64,000 nucleotides of DNA from Lachnospiraceae bacterium (GTDB lineage Bacteria > Bacillota > Clostridia > Lachnospirales > Lachnospiraceae). The stretch covers positions 7,027 to 71,026 of the forward strand of contig JAILLW010000044.1 of assembly GCA_024692955.1 (NCBI GenBank). Direction: 5' to 3'. The stretch's first letter is position 1. Each line of letters opens with the position of its first letter. Positions 44,625 through 53,634 of the stretch are shown in pieces. The translations under genes were made by a program, and so were the position numbers. A model generated the notes under the pieces. The model made no database searches. It was not told the DNA's origin and worked only from the letters and a program-made list of their open reading frames with translations.

Positions 44625-46733
44625 TTATCGGAAAAACCGTTTCCCGGAACCGGAAAGTTCACGGGCGGTCTCTGCCGACAGAGGATAGAGCTCCAGCTTC
44701 AGCACAAGTTCGTTTTCGCCTTTTACGGGCAGTCCCTTGAGGTCGATCCCGATATTCGGATCCTCCGTATCAAAAACAAGAAGGTCCTGTCCGATCCTTA
44801 CCCCGTTTATCGAAAGGTTCCGCTTCAGTCCGCGGATATCCTGACCGTTCAGCATAAGCTCCGTGATACGCACAAGGCATCTTCGGTCCGCGGGATCGAT
44901 CCTTAAGGCGCGCACGTTTCCGTCAAAGGCGATCTTCGTGTCGATCCTCACATCATCCGAATAAACATCCGGAAGATAGCGGGAATTCTCCTCCGAGAAT
45001 CCGGTGCCTTCGTCATAATAGAGCTGGATCCTCTGATCGAGGATCTTCGTCAGCCGTTCCCGGAAGAGTTCCTTCACGTCGATGGCATAGGTGCCCATAT
45101 CGGAAAGAAGTTCCCCGAGAGCTTTATGATGGGATGTCACTTCATGCTGGAATTCCAGTTCCCTTTCCCGGTATTCCTCCGCTTCCTTCGGGCTGATCCC
45201 GATCCCGGAAAGAAGGTCCTCCGCATCCAGGGCATTCCTTTTCTCATCGGCAAGGAGATAGCAGTAGAGTCCCCGGAACGCCACCTGTTTCGGGTCGATC
45301 CTCTCATCCATCACCCATTCGTAGTCGATGATGGTCCATTCATCCCCCCGGATCAGGATATTCGAAAAGATCAGATCGTAATCCGTGATCTTCGGGCCCT
45401 TTTCCCCGCAGCCGTATGATACAAGTTCGAAATACCGCCGGAAATACTCCCGGAAACGCTCTTTATCGCCTCTTTTCAGGCAGTCGTCCAGGATCTCCTC
45501 AAGGGTAATGCCGGGAACGTATTCGAGCACCGCCTCCGGAATTCCGTCCTTCTCCTCGATCCTGCAGGCATTTACCCGGAAGGGGCTGCCTTCGTATTTT
45601 TCGGTAAGCCGGGCGCAGTAGTCCGAAATCTCGCGGATATGGCTTCCGGCTTCCGGACAGGAAGGAGTCTTTCTCACCTCTTTTTCGCCGTTACGAAGCT
45701 CTATGGTCGTCCGGATCGCCCGTTCTCTTCTCCTGTCATTGGAATATTTCGCGTAGATCACGGGGATCTCTTCACCCGTTATCACAAGATAGGAATTGGA
45801 AAAAAGCGGAAAGGCACCCTCTTCCAGAACCTCGTCAAAGACCAGATCCTCGCGGAAGGTCAGCATCCGGTTCCGGTCGAAATTCCGGATATTCTCCGTA
45901 AGTTCTCCCTTCCCCGGGAGACGGTCGTCCGAAAAGACAAGATGGGGTAATTTGTAATCCGGATAGGGATAGTAAAAGCGGTACCGGTCGATCCCGGCGC
46001 TCTTAAGGAGCTTCTCAAGCCCGTTCCTTGTAAAGGTGCGGGCGCTCCCTCCCTCCGGATAGCCCTCTATGGATGAATAAAAGGTTCCGACGTGGTCTTC
46101 CGCCGCTCCGGCGAAGTATTTCAGCCCGAACCTGTTCTCGATCGCAACGACAAGATGCCCGTCTTTCGCAAGATGGCGTTTGATGATCTTAAGGAAATCC
46201 TCATAGGGCCTCTCGCTTCCGATATAGCTCGAGGCGTACTCGAACACCCCGATGAGGCAGATCCAGTCAAAATCCGCCGGAAGATCCGGCTCGATCTCAC
46301 TGAAATTACCCACATGGATCTCGATATTGTCCCGGTCCTGATTGCGGTAGGCATTGATCCTGCTCCTTTTTTCGGAAAGATCCACACAGGTCACGCTTCC
46401 GCCCATTTCCGAGAGCTTATCCGTGATGGCACCGCAGCCGGAGCCGATCTCAAGAACCCGGTCCGTTTTCCTGATCGGAAGAAAATCCACGATGTTTGCG
46501 CGGAGTTCCGAAAGATGATAGAGGATGGGCCAGCTCTTTGCCTCATCGATCACCGAGGGAAATTCCACCCGGGACTTGTTTTTTACGATGGAAAGGAGTT
46601 CATCCTCAATGGTCCCGTCGGAATAAAGGTCTTTTCCGCCGTAGTGCCGGTAGGAAAGCTTCACCTTCCCGATCTCGGGCTCAAGGCGGTTTATAAGTTC
46701 CTCTTCCGTTAAGTGAATCGGTGTATAATTCAT
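44625..46733 (-). CDS. WbdD-like bifunctional SAM-methyltransferase / kinase-fold protein (candidate glycan chain terminator)
   Basis: 702 aa. Class I MTase motif VLEIGSGCGAITDKL...CVDLS. Later kinase-like elements: EVRKT, LEYVPGITLEE, DYDLIFSNILIRGDEWTIIDYEW (D-x4-N catalytic loop and an IDxE). About 180 aa of C-terminal extension follow. Confidence 0.65.
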   Translation of the reverse strand: MNYTPIHLTEEELINRLEPEIGKVKLSYRHYGGKDLYSDGTIEDELLSIVKNKSRVEFPSVIDEAKSWPILYHLSELRANIVDFLPIRKTDRVLEIGSGCGAITDKLSEMGGSVTCVDLSEKRSRINAYRNQDRDNIEIHVGNFSEIEPDLPADFDWICLIGVFEYASSYIGSERPYEDFLKIIKRHLAKDGHLVVAIENRFGLKYFAGAAEDHVGTFYSSIEGYPEGGSARTFTRNGLEKLLKSAGIDRYRFYYPYPDYKLPHLVFSDDRLPGKGELTENIRNFDRNRMLTFREDLVFDEVLEEGAFPLFSNSYLVITGEEIPVIYAKYSNDRRRERAIRTTIELRNGEKEVRKTPSCPEAGSHIREISDYCARLTEKYEGSPFRVNACRIEEKDGIPEAVLEYVPGITLEEILDDCLKRGDKERFREYFRRYFELVSYGCGEKGPKITDYDLIFSNILIRGDEWTIIDYEWVMDERIDPKQVAFRGLYCYLLADEKRNALDAEDLLSGIGISPKEAEEYRERELEFQHEVTSHHKALGELLSDMGTYAIDVKELFRERLTKILDQRIQLYYDEGTGFSEENSRYLPDVYSDDVRIDTKIAFDGNVRALRIDPADRRCLVRITELMLNGQDIRGLKRNLSINGVRIGQDLLVFDTEDPNIGIDLKGLPVKGENELVLKLELYPLSAETARELSGSGKRFFR

Positions 46734-48049
46734 AGATCCTCCACCAGAATCTTCGCGTTCAGGTCATAGTAGCCGATGGGATTCTTATCCGAGATCACGG
46801 TCATGTTCATCACATCATACAGACGGTGATATACGGTGAATTCCTCATTTTCATAGCCGGTGACGCCCAGAGAGATCAGATAGTCTCCTCCGTGAAGATC
46901 GATCTTCTGCTCAAATACGATATGCTTCTTCTCCCCCTTATTCACGCTCTTTAAGAAGGACTTTTCGAACATCGTATTCGTGCCCGTGATCTCCACGCCC
47001 TTCACGTTCTTGATGGACATCGCGAAGATCGGGGAGGCGATGTCTTCCCTGAATTCCACCGTCATATGGATCCGGCAGCTGTCGCCTTTTATAATGGCGC
47101 TCACCCGGTTTCCCTTGAGATCCTCCATATAGCAGTCCGTGATCAGGGCCTTTTTCGTCCCGTACTCCAGAAGCTCCGGATTCACCGCGTTCGCGTTCAC
47201 GCTGCCCGGGGTGTCCGCGCTTCCCGTTCCCGTGGACAGCGAAGATACGGATGAGATATCCACGTCATTCACGCCGCTGTCGATCTCGGGTAGCGGATAC
47301 TGGCCCACAAGCACGCGCTTGTAGGCATCGATCATCTCTTTCGGACTCCCCTCACCCAGTTTGATCCCCTGATTAAGGAGCACCACCCGGTCACAGTATT
47401 TGCTGATGCTTGAAAGGTCATGGCTCACAAAGACGATCGTCTTTCCCATTTCCTTGAATTCTTCGAATTTATGATAGCATTTGGCCTGAAAGAACACATC
47501 ACCCACGGAAAGAGCCTCATCTACGATCAGGATTTCGGGGTCGATGTTGATGGCCACCGCGAAGGCGAGCCGGACGAACATTCCGGAGGAATAGGTCTTT
47601 ACCGGCTGGTTCACATACTCCCCGATATCCGCGAATTCCAGGATCGCCGGGAGCCGTTCCGCGATCTCCTTCTGGGAAAAGCCCATCATCGTCCCGTTGA
47701 GATAGACATTCTCGATGCCGTTGTATTCCATATTAAAGCCGGCGCCCAGTTCAAGGAGGGCCGAGATCCGGCCGTCCACCGTCACTTCGCCAGAAGTCGG
47801 ATTGAGAACCCCCGTGATGATCTTCAGGATCGTGGATTTCCCGGATCCGTTGGTCCCGATGATTCCCACGGTCTCTCCGCGGCAGATCGTAAGATCCACG
47901 CCCTTTAAAGCACTGTGCTCCTTGTAGCGCTTTTTTCCGCGGCCGAAACCGAGAGCCTCCTTCAGCCGGTCCTTCGGCCGGTCGTAGAGGCGGTAGGTCT
48001 TTACCAGATTCTTCACTTGGATCGCGATCTCACGTTCCTTCATAATCAC
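46730..48049 (-). CDS. Polysaccharide ABC-exporter ATPase (Wzt/TagH-type) with a C-terminal glycan-binding (Wzt_C-like) domain
   Basis: 439 aa. Walker A GTNGSGKST, signature YSSGM and Walker B ILIVDEAL. The ~150-aa C-terminal beta-rich domain (RIHMTVEFREDIASPIFAMSIKNVKGVEITGTN...) follows a Ser/Thr/Gly linker. Confidence 0.8.
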   Translation of the reverse strand: MIMKEREIAIQVKNLVKTYRLYDRPKDRLKEALGFGRGKKRYKEHSALKGVDLTICRGETVGIIGTNGSGKSTILKIITGVLNPTSGEVTVDGRISALLELGAGFNMEYNGIENVYLNGTMMGFSQKEIAERLPAILEFADIGEYVNQPVKTYSSGMFVRLAFAVAINIDPEILIVDEALSVGDVFFQAKCYHKFEEFKEMGKTIVFVSHDLSSISKYCDRVVLLNQGIKLGEGSPKEMIDAYKRVLVGQYPLPEIDSGVNDVDISSVSSLSTGTGSADTPGSVNANAVNPELLEYGTKKALITDCYMEDLKGNRVSAIIKGDSCRIHMTVEFREDIASPIFAMSIKNVKGVEITGTNTMFEKSFLKSVNKGEKKHIVFEQKIDLHGGDYLISLGVTGYENEEFTVYHRLYDVMNMTVISDKNPIGYYDLNAKILVEDL

Positions 48050-49077
48050 AACACATCCGCAAAATGTACTTTCAGCCGCTTAAAGATCAGAGTCCCCACG
48101 AGGAACAGTGTCACCGTAAAGATCCAGAAATAGGTGGAGCTGTAAAAATGCTGGAAAAACCAGTGATCCCCGTAGATCGCGTCCCGGTAGCCGTTCACGA
48201 TATAGACCAGCGGATTCAGCTTGAAGAGCGTGATCAGTCTGTCATCATGAATAAAGCCCAGGTCCCAGAGGATGGGCGTGGCCCACATTCCCACCTGAAG
48301 CACGATCCCGATGATCTGCCCCAGATCCCGGAAAAAGACTACGATGGCACAGGTACTGTAGCTTAAGGCCAGCACCAGGACAAAGGTACAGAAACTGTAA
48401 TAAACGATCTGGATCGTATAAACCGTAGGAAGGAAGTCGTAAAAAGAGGCCAGGACGAGAAGGACCAGGACGAAAAAGGCATGGATGAAGGTGGCCGCGA
48501 TCAGCTTGATGATCGGAAGAATACTGATCTTGAATACCACCTTTTTCACAAGGTAGCTGTATTCCAGAAGCGCGTTCGTCCCGTTCGTAAGCGCTTCCGA
48601 GAAATAGAACCAGGGAACCAGTCCGGCCGTCAGATGGAGAACATAGGGAATGCTCGCGCCTTCGTTCCCCATCCTTGACTGGGCATCAAAGACCAGATCA
48701 AAGACGATGAAATACATGAGAACGGTGATGACCGGCTGAATGAGCGCCCAGAGGAAGCCGAGATAGGAACCGGCGTAACGCTTTTTGAAATCATTCTTCG
48801 CAAGCTTCCAGATGAGCTCCCTGGACTGAAAAAGCTCCCGGGGGATGATGAAGATCCGGTCGTAAAAGAAGCCGAAGATCAGGCAGGCCACGCCAAGCAG
48901 CAGGCAGGCGCAGATCTTCTTCAGCCGCTCCGTCGCTGGATCCGAAGCCAGCGGGTTCCTGTGAAACACAAGGGCGCAGGCCACCGCGGCACAGAATACA
49001 TAGAAAAGCACGATCACGACCGCTTTCCTGCTGATCCGGTGTTTGTTCTTTTCCGTCTCCTTTGTTTTCTCCATCAA
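48046..49077 (-). CDS. ABC-2-type polysaccharide exporter permease (Wzm/TagG-type)
   Basis: 343 aa. Reads KNDFKKRYAGSYLGFLWALIQP, the ABC-2 motif, followed by 6 hydrophobic helices. There is an N-terminal extension with extra helices. Confidence 0.8.
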   Translation of the reverse strand: MMEKTKETEKNKHRISRKAVVIVLFYVFCAAVACALVFHRNPLASDPATERLKKICACLLLGVACLIFGFFYDRIFIIPRELFQSRELIWKLAKNDFKKRYAGSYLGFLWALIQPVITVLMYFIVFDLVFDAQSRMGNEGASIPYVLHLTAGLVPWFYFSEALTNGTNALLEYSYLVKKVVFKISILPIIKLIAATFIHAFFVLVLLVLASFYDFLPTVYTIQIVYYSFCTFVLVLALSYSTCAIVVFFRDLGQIIGIVLQVGMWATPILWDLGFIHDDRLITLFKLNPLVYIVNGYRDAIYGDHWFFQHFYSSTYFWIFTVTLFLVGTLIFKRLKVHFADVL

Positions 49078-49112
49078 TCCTCTGAAATACGTTTCTGAAA
49101 TTATATCTTAAT

Positions 49113-51617
49113 TTAATATCCGAGGTAGCTTATGTTCATGTCCACCCGTCCGCCGATACCGCTTACGGAACCGTTCGACGAATACTGCCACATATCATAG
49201 CGTGTCCTTGTATAGGTGGGAACCGCCGCATACTGGGCCAGCCAGAGCTTGAACCCGGTAAGGCTCGGCGTATTGATGTTGTTGCTGAACCAGCTTTTGT
49301 TCGCGTATACCCCGGCTTTGTAGCCCGAATTCTGGATCGTCTTGCAGAAAGCCTGGCATACGGCGGTACGTGTGTCCACGGATACACTGTCTCCCCGGCC
49401 GCCGCTTCCTTCCACGTCAAGATAGACGGGATAGGAGATGTTGTAGCCGCCAATCAGCGAAAGCACCATGGAAGCCTCCTCTACCGCCTCAACTTCGTTG
49501 ACTGCCTGGGAGAAGAAGTAGATCCCGACCTTCAGTCCGGCGTCCTGCGCCCCCTTGATGTTCGTATGGAACATAGGATCCACGACAAGTGCACCGGTCT
49601 TGGAGCCCCGGTAGCCGCAGCGGATGATCACGAAGGATACCCCGCTGTTCTTTACCGCACCCCAGTCGATGGAGCCGTTCCATTTGGAAACGTCGATCCC
49701 CAGCACGCCCGAACTGCTGCTCAGGCGTCCGTCGGCATCAAAGACATATTTCGCTCCCTGAATGACCTGTTCGCCGGTCACGGGTTTCCCTTCCTTATTG
49801 AAATAGTAGCGGTAGCCGTCCAGTACCTGCCAGCCGGTATAGCGGTATTCACCGCTCGTTATCTTTTTAAAGAACTTCAGTGTCTTGTCATAATAATCCG
49901 CGTAGACCGCCTTCCGGTAGCCGGCATCGTCCTTTACATAGAGTTCCGCCCCGTCCGTGGTCTTGAGGATGCTTGTTCTGTCCTCCTTCGCCTTCGCCGC
50001 GCCGCTTTTCGCCGTAGGTGTCACGGTAGGTGTCACGGTAGGTGTCACGGAGGGAGTTACGGAAGGGGTCACGGTGGGAGTCGCCTCCGTGTCCTTCGGT
50101 GTCTCCGTGGGCTCCGAAGTGGGTGTCTTCGTCGGGGTCGCGTCCTCCGTGATCGGATCGTCCGGCTCGGCGGTAGGGGTCTTCGTCGGAATACCCTCCG
50201 GAGTCGGTTCGTCATCCGGCTCGTCGGTAGGCTCAGGAGCCGGAGTCTCCGTTGCTTCGGGGGTGGGATCCGGTTCGTCTTCCGGAGTGGGCGTTGCCGT
50301 TGCCTCGGGAGTCGGATCCGGTTCCGGATCGTCCGCGGGGTCATCGCCGGGATCGTCCGGATCGTCCGGATCATCCGGGTCATGTTTTTTCCCCAGGAGT
50401 TTCATGCCCAGAAATGCAGTTTTCCCCGGATCGGCGATCTTGTCCCTCGGGACCTCCTGATATTCCTCCCGTTCGGTGCCCTCCACGATGGTCTTCGTGG
50501 ATTCCACATATTCCACGGTATCCTGAAGTTCGGATTCCGTTTCCGTCTTCTGCTGGGTATCCTCTACCGCGGCATTGATCTCCTTTTCGGTCTTGATCTC
50601 GTCCTTGATCTCCACCTTTTTATACTCGATCGTCCCTTTGACATTGATGGAAATCGCGTCTTTCGAAAAACTGTAATCTCCGTCTTCGGGCCCCTTCAGG
50701 GCCACCTGGTACTTGCCGGCGGCAAGATCCGTCAGATAGATGATCCCGTCCAGATCATTGTCCGTTTTCGCGGAAGCTTTTCCGTTCGGATCCGTGATCT
50801 CCACCTCGAACTCGATCCCGCTGATCAGCTTTCCGAGTTCATTGTCCACGATCTTGATCTTCAGATCCTTCTGGATCGAGGTCAGGTTCATTACGGCGAC
50901 CTTTTTGCGGTTTTCGTCCACGATCACCTTTTCGTCCGTCTCTTCCGCTTCCCGTATCTCCTCTTCCACGACTTCGGCCACCATGCTCTTTTTCGTTTCG
51001 GCCATGGCAAGCAGCCCGCTTTCGCCGATCACGTTCATCTGCGCCATATCGGTGCCCACATCCGCCATCAGCTCATACTGCTTCTGCTTCCCCATTTTTC
51101 CGAAGAAAAAGATCAGGAGCACGACGAAAAGCCCCGCCGCCAGGATCCCTCCGAAAAGGATCGCGTAATCGGCGGGTGTCCTCCGGGACATCCAGTCCGA
51201 AAAGCCTGCGGATCCTCTGCGGGAAGAGGCATACTCCTCGTAGTCATCCTCTTCGTCGTCCGCGAAGGTCTCATCGTCCTCATAATCGTCAAAGTCGTCG
51301 AAATCATCGGAAGCCTTTTCCGCTATCGTAAGATTCCCGATGTATTCCTCATCCGGGGCGTCGTCATACTCATCATCGTCGTACTCTTCATCATCGTACC
51401 CGTCGTCGTACTCTTCATCATCGTACTCGTCGTCGTGCACGTCGTCGTCGTACTCTTCATCATCGTACTCGTCGTCGTACCGATCCACTCCGTAGAGTTC
51501 ATCGTCATCCTCCTCATCAAAGGGGGCGCCGTCCTCATCGTCGTAGAATCTTAAGGTATCCCATCCGGCGGTATCCCGGAGCTTTTTCTCTTCTTCCTTT
51601 CGGTTCCTTTTCATCAT
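49113..51617 (-). CDS. Membrane-anchored GH25 muramidase with a polyacidic N-terminal tail, Ig-like domain, Pro/Thr/Glu/Asp linker and choline-binding-type repeat
   Basis: 834 aa. The C-terminus reads GIDVSKWNGSIDWGAVKNSGVSFVIIRCGYRG...GIYFFSQA...VYLDVE (GH25). Also YRYYFNKEGKPVTGEQVIQGAKYVFDADG (cell-wall-binding repeat). One TM helix near aa 165-185. Confidence 0.8.
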   Translation of the reverse strand: MMKRNRKEEEKKLRDTAGWDTLRFYDDEDGAPFDEEDDDELYGVDRYDDEYDDEEYDDDVHDDEYDDEEYDDGYDDEEYDDDEYDDAPDEEYIGNLTIAEKASDDFDDFDDYEDDETFADDEEDDYEEYASSRRGSAGFSDWMSRRTPADYAILFGGILAAGLFVVLLIFFFGKMGKQKQYELMADVGTDMAQMNVIGESGLLAMAETKKSMVAEVVEEEIREAEETDEKVIVDENRKKVAVMNLTSIQKDLKIKIVDNELGKLISGIEFEVEITDPNGKASAKTDNDLDGIIYLTDLAAGKYQVALKGPEDGDYSFSKDAISINVKGTIEYKKVEIKDEIKTEKEINAAVEDTQQKTETESELQDTVEYVESTKTIVEGTEREEYQEVPRDKIADPGKTAFLGMKLLGKKHDPDDPDDPDDPGDDPADDPEPDPTPEATATPTPEDEPDPTPEATETPAPEPTDEPDDEPTPEGIPTKTPTAEPDDPITEDATPTKTPTSEPTETPKDTEATPTVTPSVTPSVTPTVTPTVTPTAKSGAAKAKEDRTSILKTTDGAELYVKDDAGYRKAVYADYYDKTLKFFKKITSGEYRYTGWQVLDGYRYYFNKEGKPVTGEQVIQGAKYVFDADGRLSSSSGVLGIDVSKWNGSIDWGAVKNSGVSFVIIRCGYRGSKTGALVVDPMFHTNIKGAQDAGLKVGIYFFSQAVNEVEAVEEASMVLSLIGGYNISYPVYLDVEGSGGRGDSVSVDTRTAVCQAFCKTIQNSGYKAGVYANKSWFSNNINTPSLTGFKLWLAQYAAVPTYTRTRYDMWQYSSNGSVSGIGGRVDMNISYLGY
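50017..50076 (-). repeat. Five tandem 12-bp units (ggtgtcacggta and variants) encoding (T/S)VTP repeats in the GH25 linker
   Basis: Read directly. The protein reads TPTVTPSVTPSVTPTVTPTVTPT. Confidence 0.7.
51341..51512 (-). repeat. Low-complexity repetitive DNA encoding the D/E/Y-rich tail (DDEYDDEEYDD...) of the GH25 protein
   Basis: Reiterated gtcgtcgtactcttcatcatcgtac-like units, read directly. Confidence 0.6.
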
Positions 51618-51664
51618 AACTCTTCCGGTTTCCTTATGCGGTCATTCGTTCTGTAAACGGTTTA

Positions 51665-52006
51665 TTATACCATAGAATAAACGATTATGCCACCGATGAT
51701 GAGGGCAATGCCGAGGCCCTTCCTCGCGGTGATGCTTTCCTTGAAAAAGATCCTCGAAAGCAGCATCACGATGATATACCCCATGGATTCCAGCACCGGA
51801 ACCGCCGCAAAATTCTCGAAGCCCTTATAGGCGATCATGGTAAGAAAGAGGGAGATGAACATCATCCCGTATCCCACGATCACCAGAACATTGAGATATT
51901 CCCGGATCCTGTTCGGATATTCCTTTTCGGAGCTCTTTTTAAGGAGGATCTGGGAGAAGGAGGCTATGAACTGGGAAAGGATCATCAAAAGGATATAGGG
52001 GTTCAT
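51665..52006 (-). CDS. Small EamA/SMR-like 4-TM membrane protein (ArnE/ArnF-like lipid-linked sugar flippase subunit)
   Basis: 113 aa with four hydrophobic helices. Overlaps its paralogous upstream partner by 4 nt. Confidence 0.55.
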   Translation of the reverse strand: MNPYILLMILSQFIASFSQILLKKSSEKEYPNRIREYLNVLVIVGYGMMFISLFLTMIAYKGFENFAAVPVLESMGYIIVMLLSRIFFKESITARKGLGIALIIGGIIVYSMV

Positions 52007-52425
52007 GCGTTCACCTCCCCATCTTCCGTCTCCGGGGCACTGCCGTCATCTTTAAGAGCCGGCCCGTCCCCGTCCTTCTTTCCTCCGGAATTCAGCACAT
52101 AGATTCCGGCCATCACGATGGCGATCCCGATCACGTGATTCGGCTTTATCCTGTCGTGAAAGAGCACCAGGGACCAGATGAGAGCCCAGAGCAGGCAGAC
52201 CGCCTTGTTCGCGTAGGCTACGGTAAGTTCAAAATGCTTGATGACCTGCTGCCAGAGAAGGGCATAGATCCCGAGCACCACAACGATCAGCCCGTAGAAA
52301 AGGAGAAATCTTACGCTCAGGGGATCGCTCGCGGAGGAGTATTTACTCAAAACGCTGGTAAGGCTGTAGAGGAAAAATACGAATTCCAGCATCAGCCAGG
52401 CCTTCAGATCTGCTTTCTTTTTCAT
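52003..52425 (-). CDS. Small EamA/SMR-like 4-TM membrane protein (second flippase subunit) with a charged C-terminal tail
   Basis: 140 aa with four hydrophobic helices, arranged as a tandem pair like ArnE/ArnF. Confidence 0.55.
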   Translation of the reverse strand: MKKKADLKAWLMLEFVFFLYSLTSVLSKYSSASDPLSVRFLLFYGLIVVVLGIYALLWQQVIKHFELTVAYANKAVCLLWALIWSLVLFHDRIKPNHVIGIAIVMAGIYVLNSGGKKDGDGPALKDDGSAPETEDGEVNA

Positions 52426-52502
52426 ATGAGGTTCCTTTCCTTATTTGTTCGAAGCGGCCGTGTATTCTGCCGGCCGTACAGTTCCCGCCGGCCGAAGCCC
52501 GG

Positions 52503-53621
52503 TCAGCCGCCGTGGTATTCCCTTAGTTTTTCGTTCAGCGTATCAAAATCATATTCCGCGATCATTCCCCGTAGTTTTTCGATGTATCCTTTCATATCCG
52601 TCCCGTCATCCGGAGCCCTCCCGGAGCCGCTCTTTCCGATCACATCCGTACCGTCAGAGAAGCACTCTGCCATATAGCGGTTATAGCGGGGATGATAATG
52701 GGTATAATCCGCGTAATTGTTGAGATCCGTAACGATCTTCTCCTCTGCCGGGAAAAAGTACATGGTCACATTCTCATATCCGTTCAGCTTCCTTTCCGCC
52801 GTTTCATAGGCGCGGATCGTGGCTTCCAGATGGTTTTCCGTAAGAACATTGTCCCAGAAGAGGATGCTGTAGGGCGGGAAAAAGATCACGAATTCCGTCT
52901 CCGGATGGGCTTCTATAAAGGGGATAATGTTCACATCCAGATTTTTCTCAATGGGAAGGACAAATTCCTCCGGGTCCATTTTGGTCTCGTTGGCGGCAGG
53001 CATCTCGTGCCCCTTAAGCACCCATTCTTCCGAATAATACTCATCCGTCCACCAGCTTGCGTACACATGGGAAAGGTTCGTGGGCTCGGGGTCCGCGACG
53101 GGTCTTAACACATAATCAAGAAGCACGTCCTTATTAAGAAGGTAGCTGACATCGTTGAAGGGATTCCGGTCATAAAGGTACTCCGGAAGAGGATATTTCG
53201 TCTCCTCAACGTCTCCGGAATAAGTCACTATGTCGAGACCGAGAAAGACCTTTTTTATCCTTCGTTCCTGCCCGTCCTTCCGGGAGGCGAAGATCTTTTC
53301 CATGATATTCGAAATATCCTTCGGATAAGCGCTGGAATAGGAAAGTTTCAGGGTCTTCAGCCCCATCAGATCCCGGAAATCATCCGTTTCGAAGTTCACG
53401 GTCATGGAGGAACCGAGGATCACGCTGTCATAGTCCATATGTTCCGCCATTCCCGGGTTCTGGGTCAGCTGATTATCCACGATGTAGGGAAAATTCTCAA
53501 GCGGCCCGTGGTAATGAAAAAAGGGATCCACATACGCAATAACGGCGGCGCAGAGAACAAACGCGGTAAGGCAGGCCGCAAAGGATATCAGTATGCAGTT
53601 CCGGATCTTTTTTTCATTCAT
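52503..53621 (-). CDS. Membrane-anchored DltD/SGNH-like protein, partner of the upstream MBOAT
   Basis: 372 aa with an N-terminal TM anchor. It has a GSS block (SVILGSSMTV) and a C-terminal DxxH block (YADYTHYHP), like DltD/SGNH acyl-esterases/transferases. It starts 13 nt after the MBOAT gene. Confidence 0.5.
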   Translation of the reverse strand: MNEKKIRNCILISFAACLTAFVLCAAVIAYVDPFFHYHGPLENFPYIVDNQLTQNPGMAEHMDYDSVILGSSMTVNFETDDFRDLMGLKTLKLSYSSAYPKDISNIMEKIFASRKDGQERRIKKVFLGLDIVTYSGDVEETKYPLPEYLYDRNPFNDVSYLLNKDVLLDYVLRPVADPEPTNLSHVYASWWTDEYYSEEWVLKGHEMPAANETKMDPEEFVLPIEKNLDVNIIPFIEAHPETEFVIFFPPYSILFWDNVLTENHLEATIRAYETAERKLNGYENVTMYFFPAEEKIVTDLNNYADYTHYHPRYNRYMAECFSDGTDVIGKSGSGRAPDDGTDMKGYIEKLRGMIAEYDFDTLNEKLREYHGG

Positions 53622-53634
53622 TCGGACACCCCGG

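Noticed and set aside
49566-51554. 662-aa plus-strand ORF opposite the GH25 muramidase gene. Similar long plus-strand ORFs occur at 7103-8371, 9096-10220, 10382-11500, 19397-20716, 21361-22935, 23298-24716, 25708-27108, 31373-32860, 35155-36150, 38465-39922, 41152-42288 and 53593-54825.
   Set aside because: All lie antisense to minus-strand genes that have clear family signatures. Their products are repetitive Arg/Gly/Leu/Pro/His-rich strings without motifs. I treat them as non-coding shadow ORFs.
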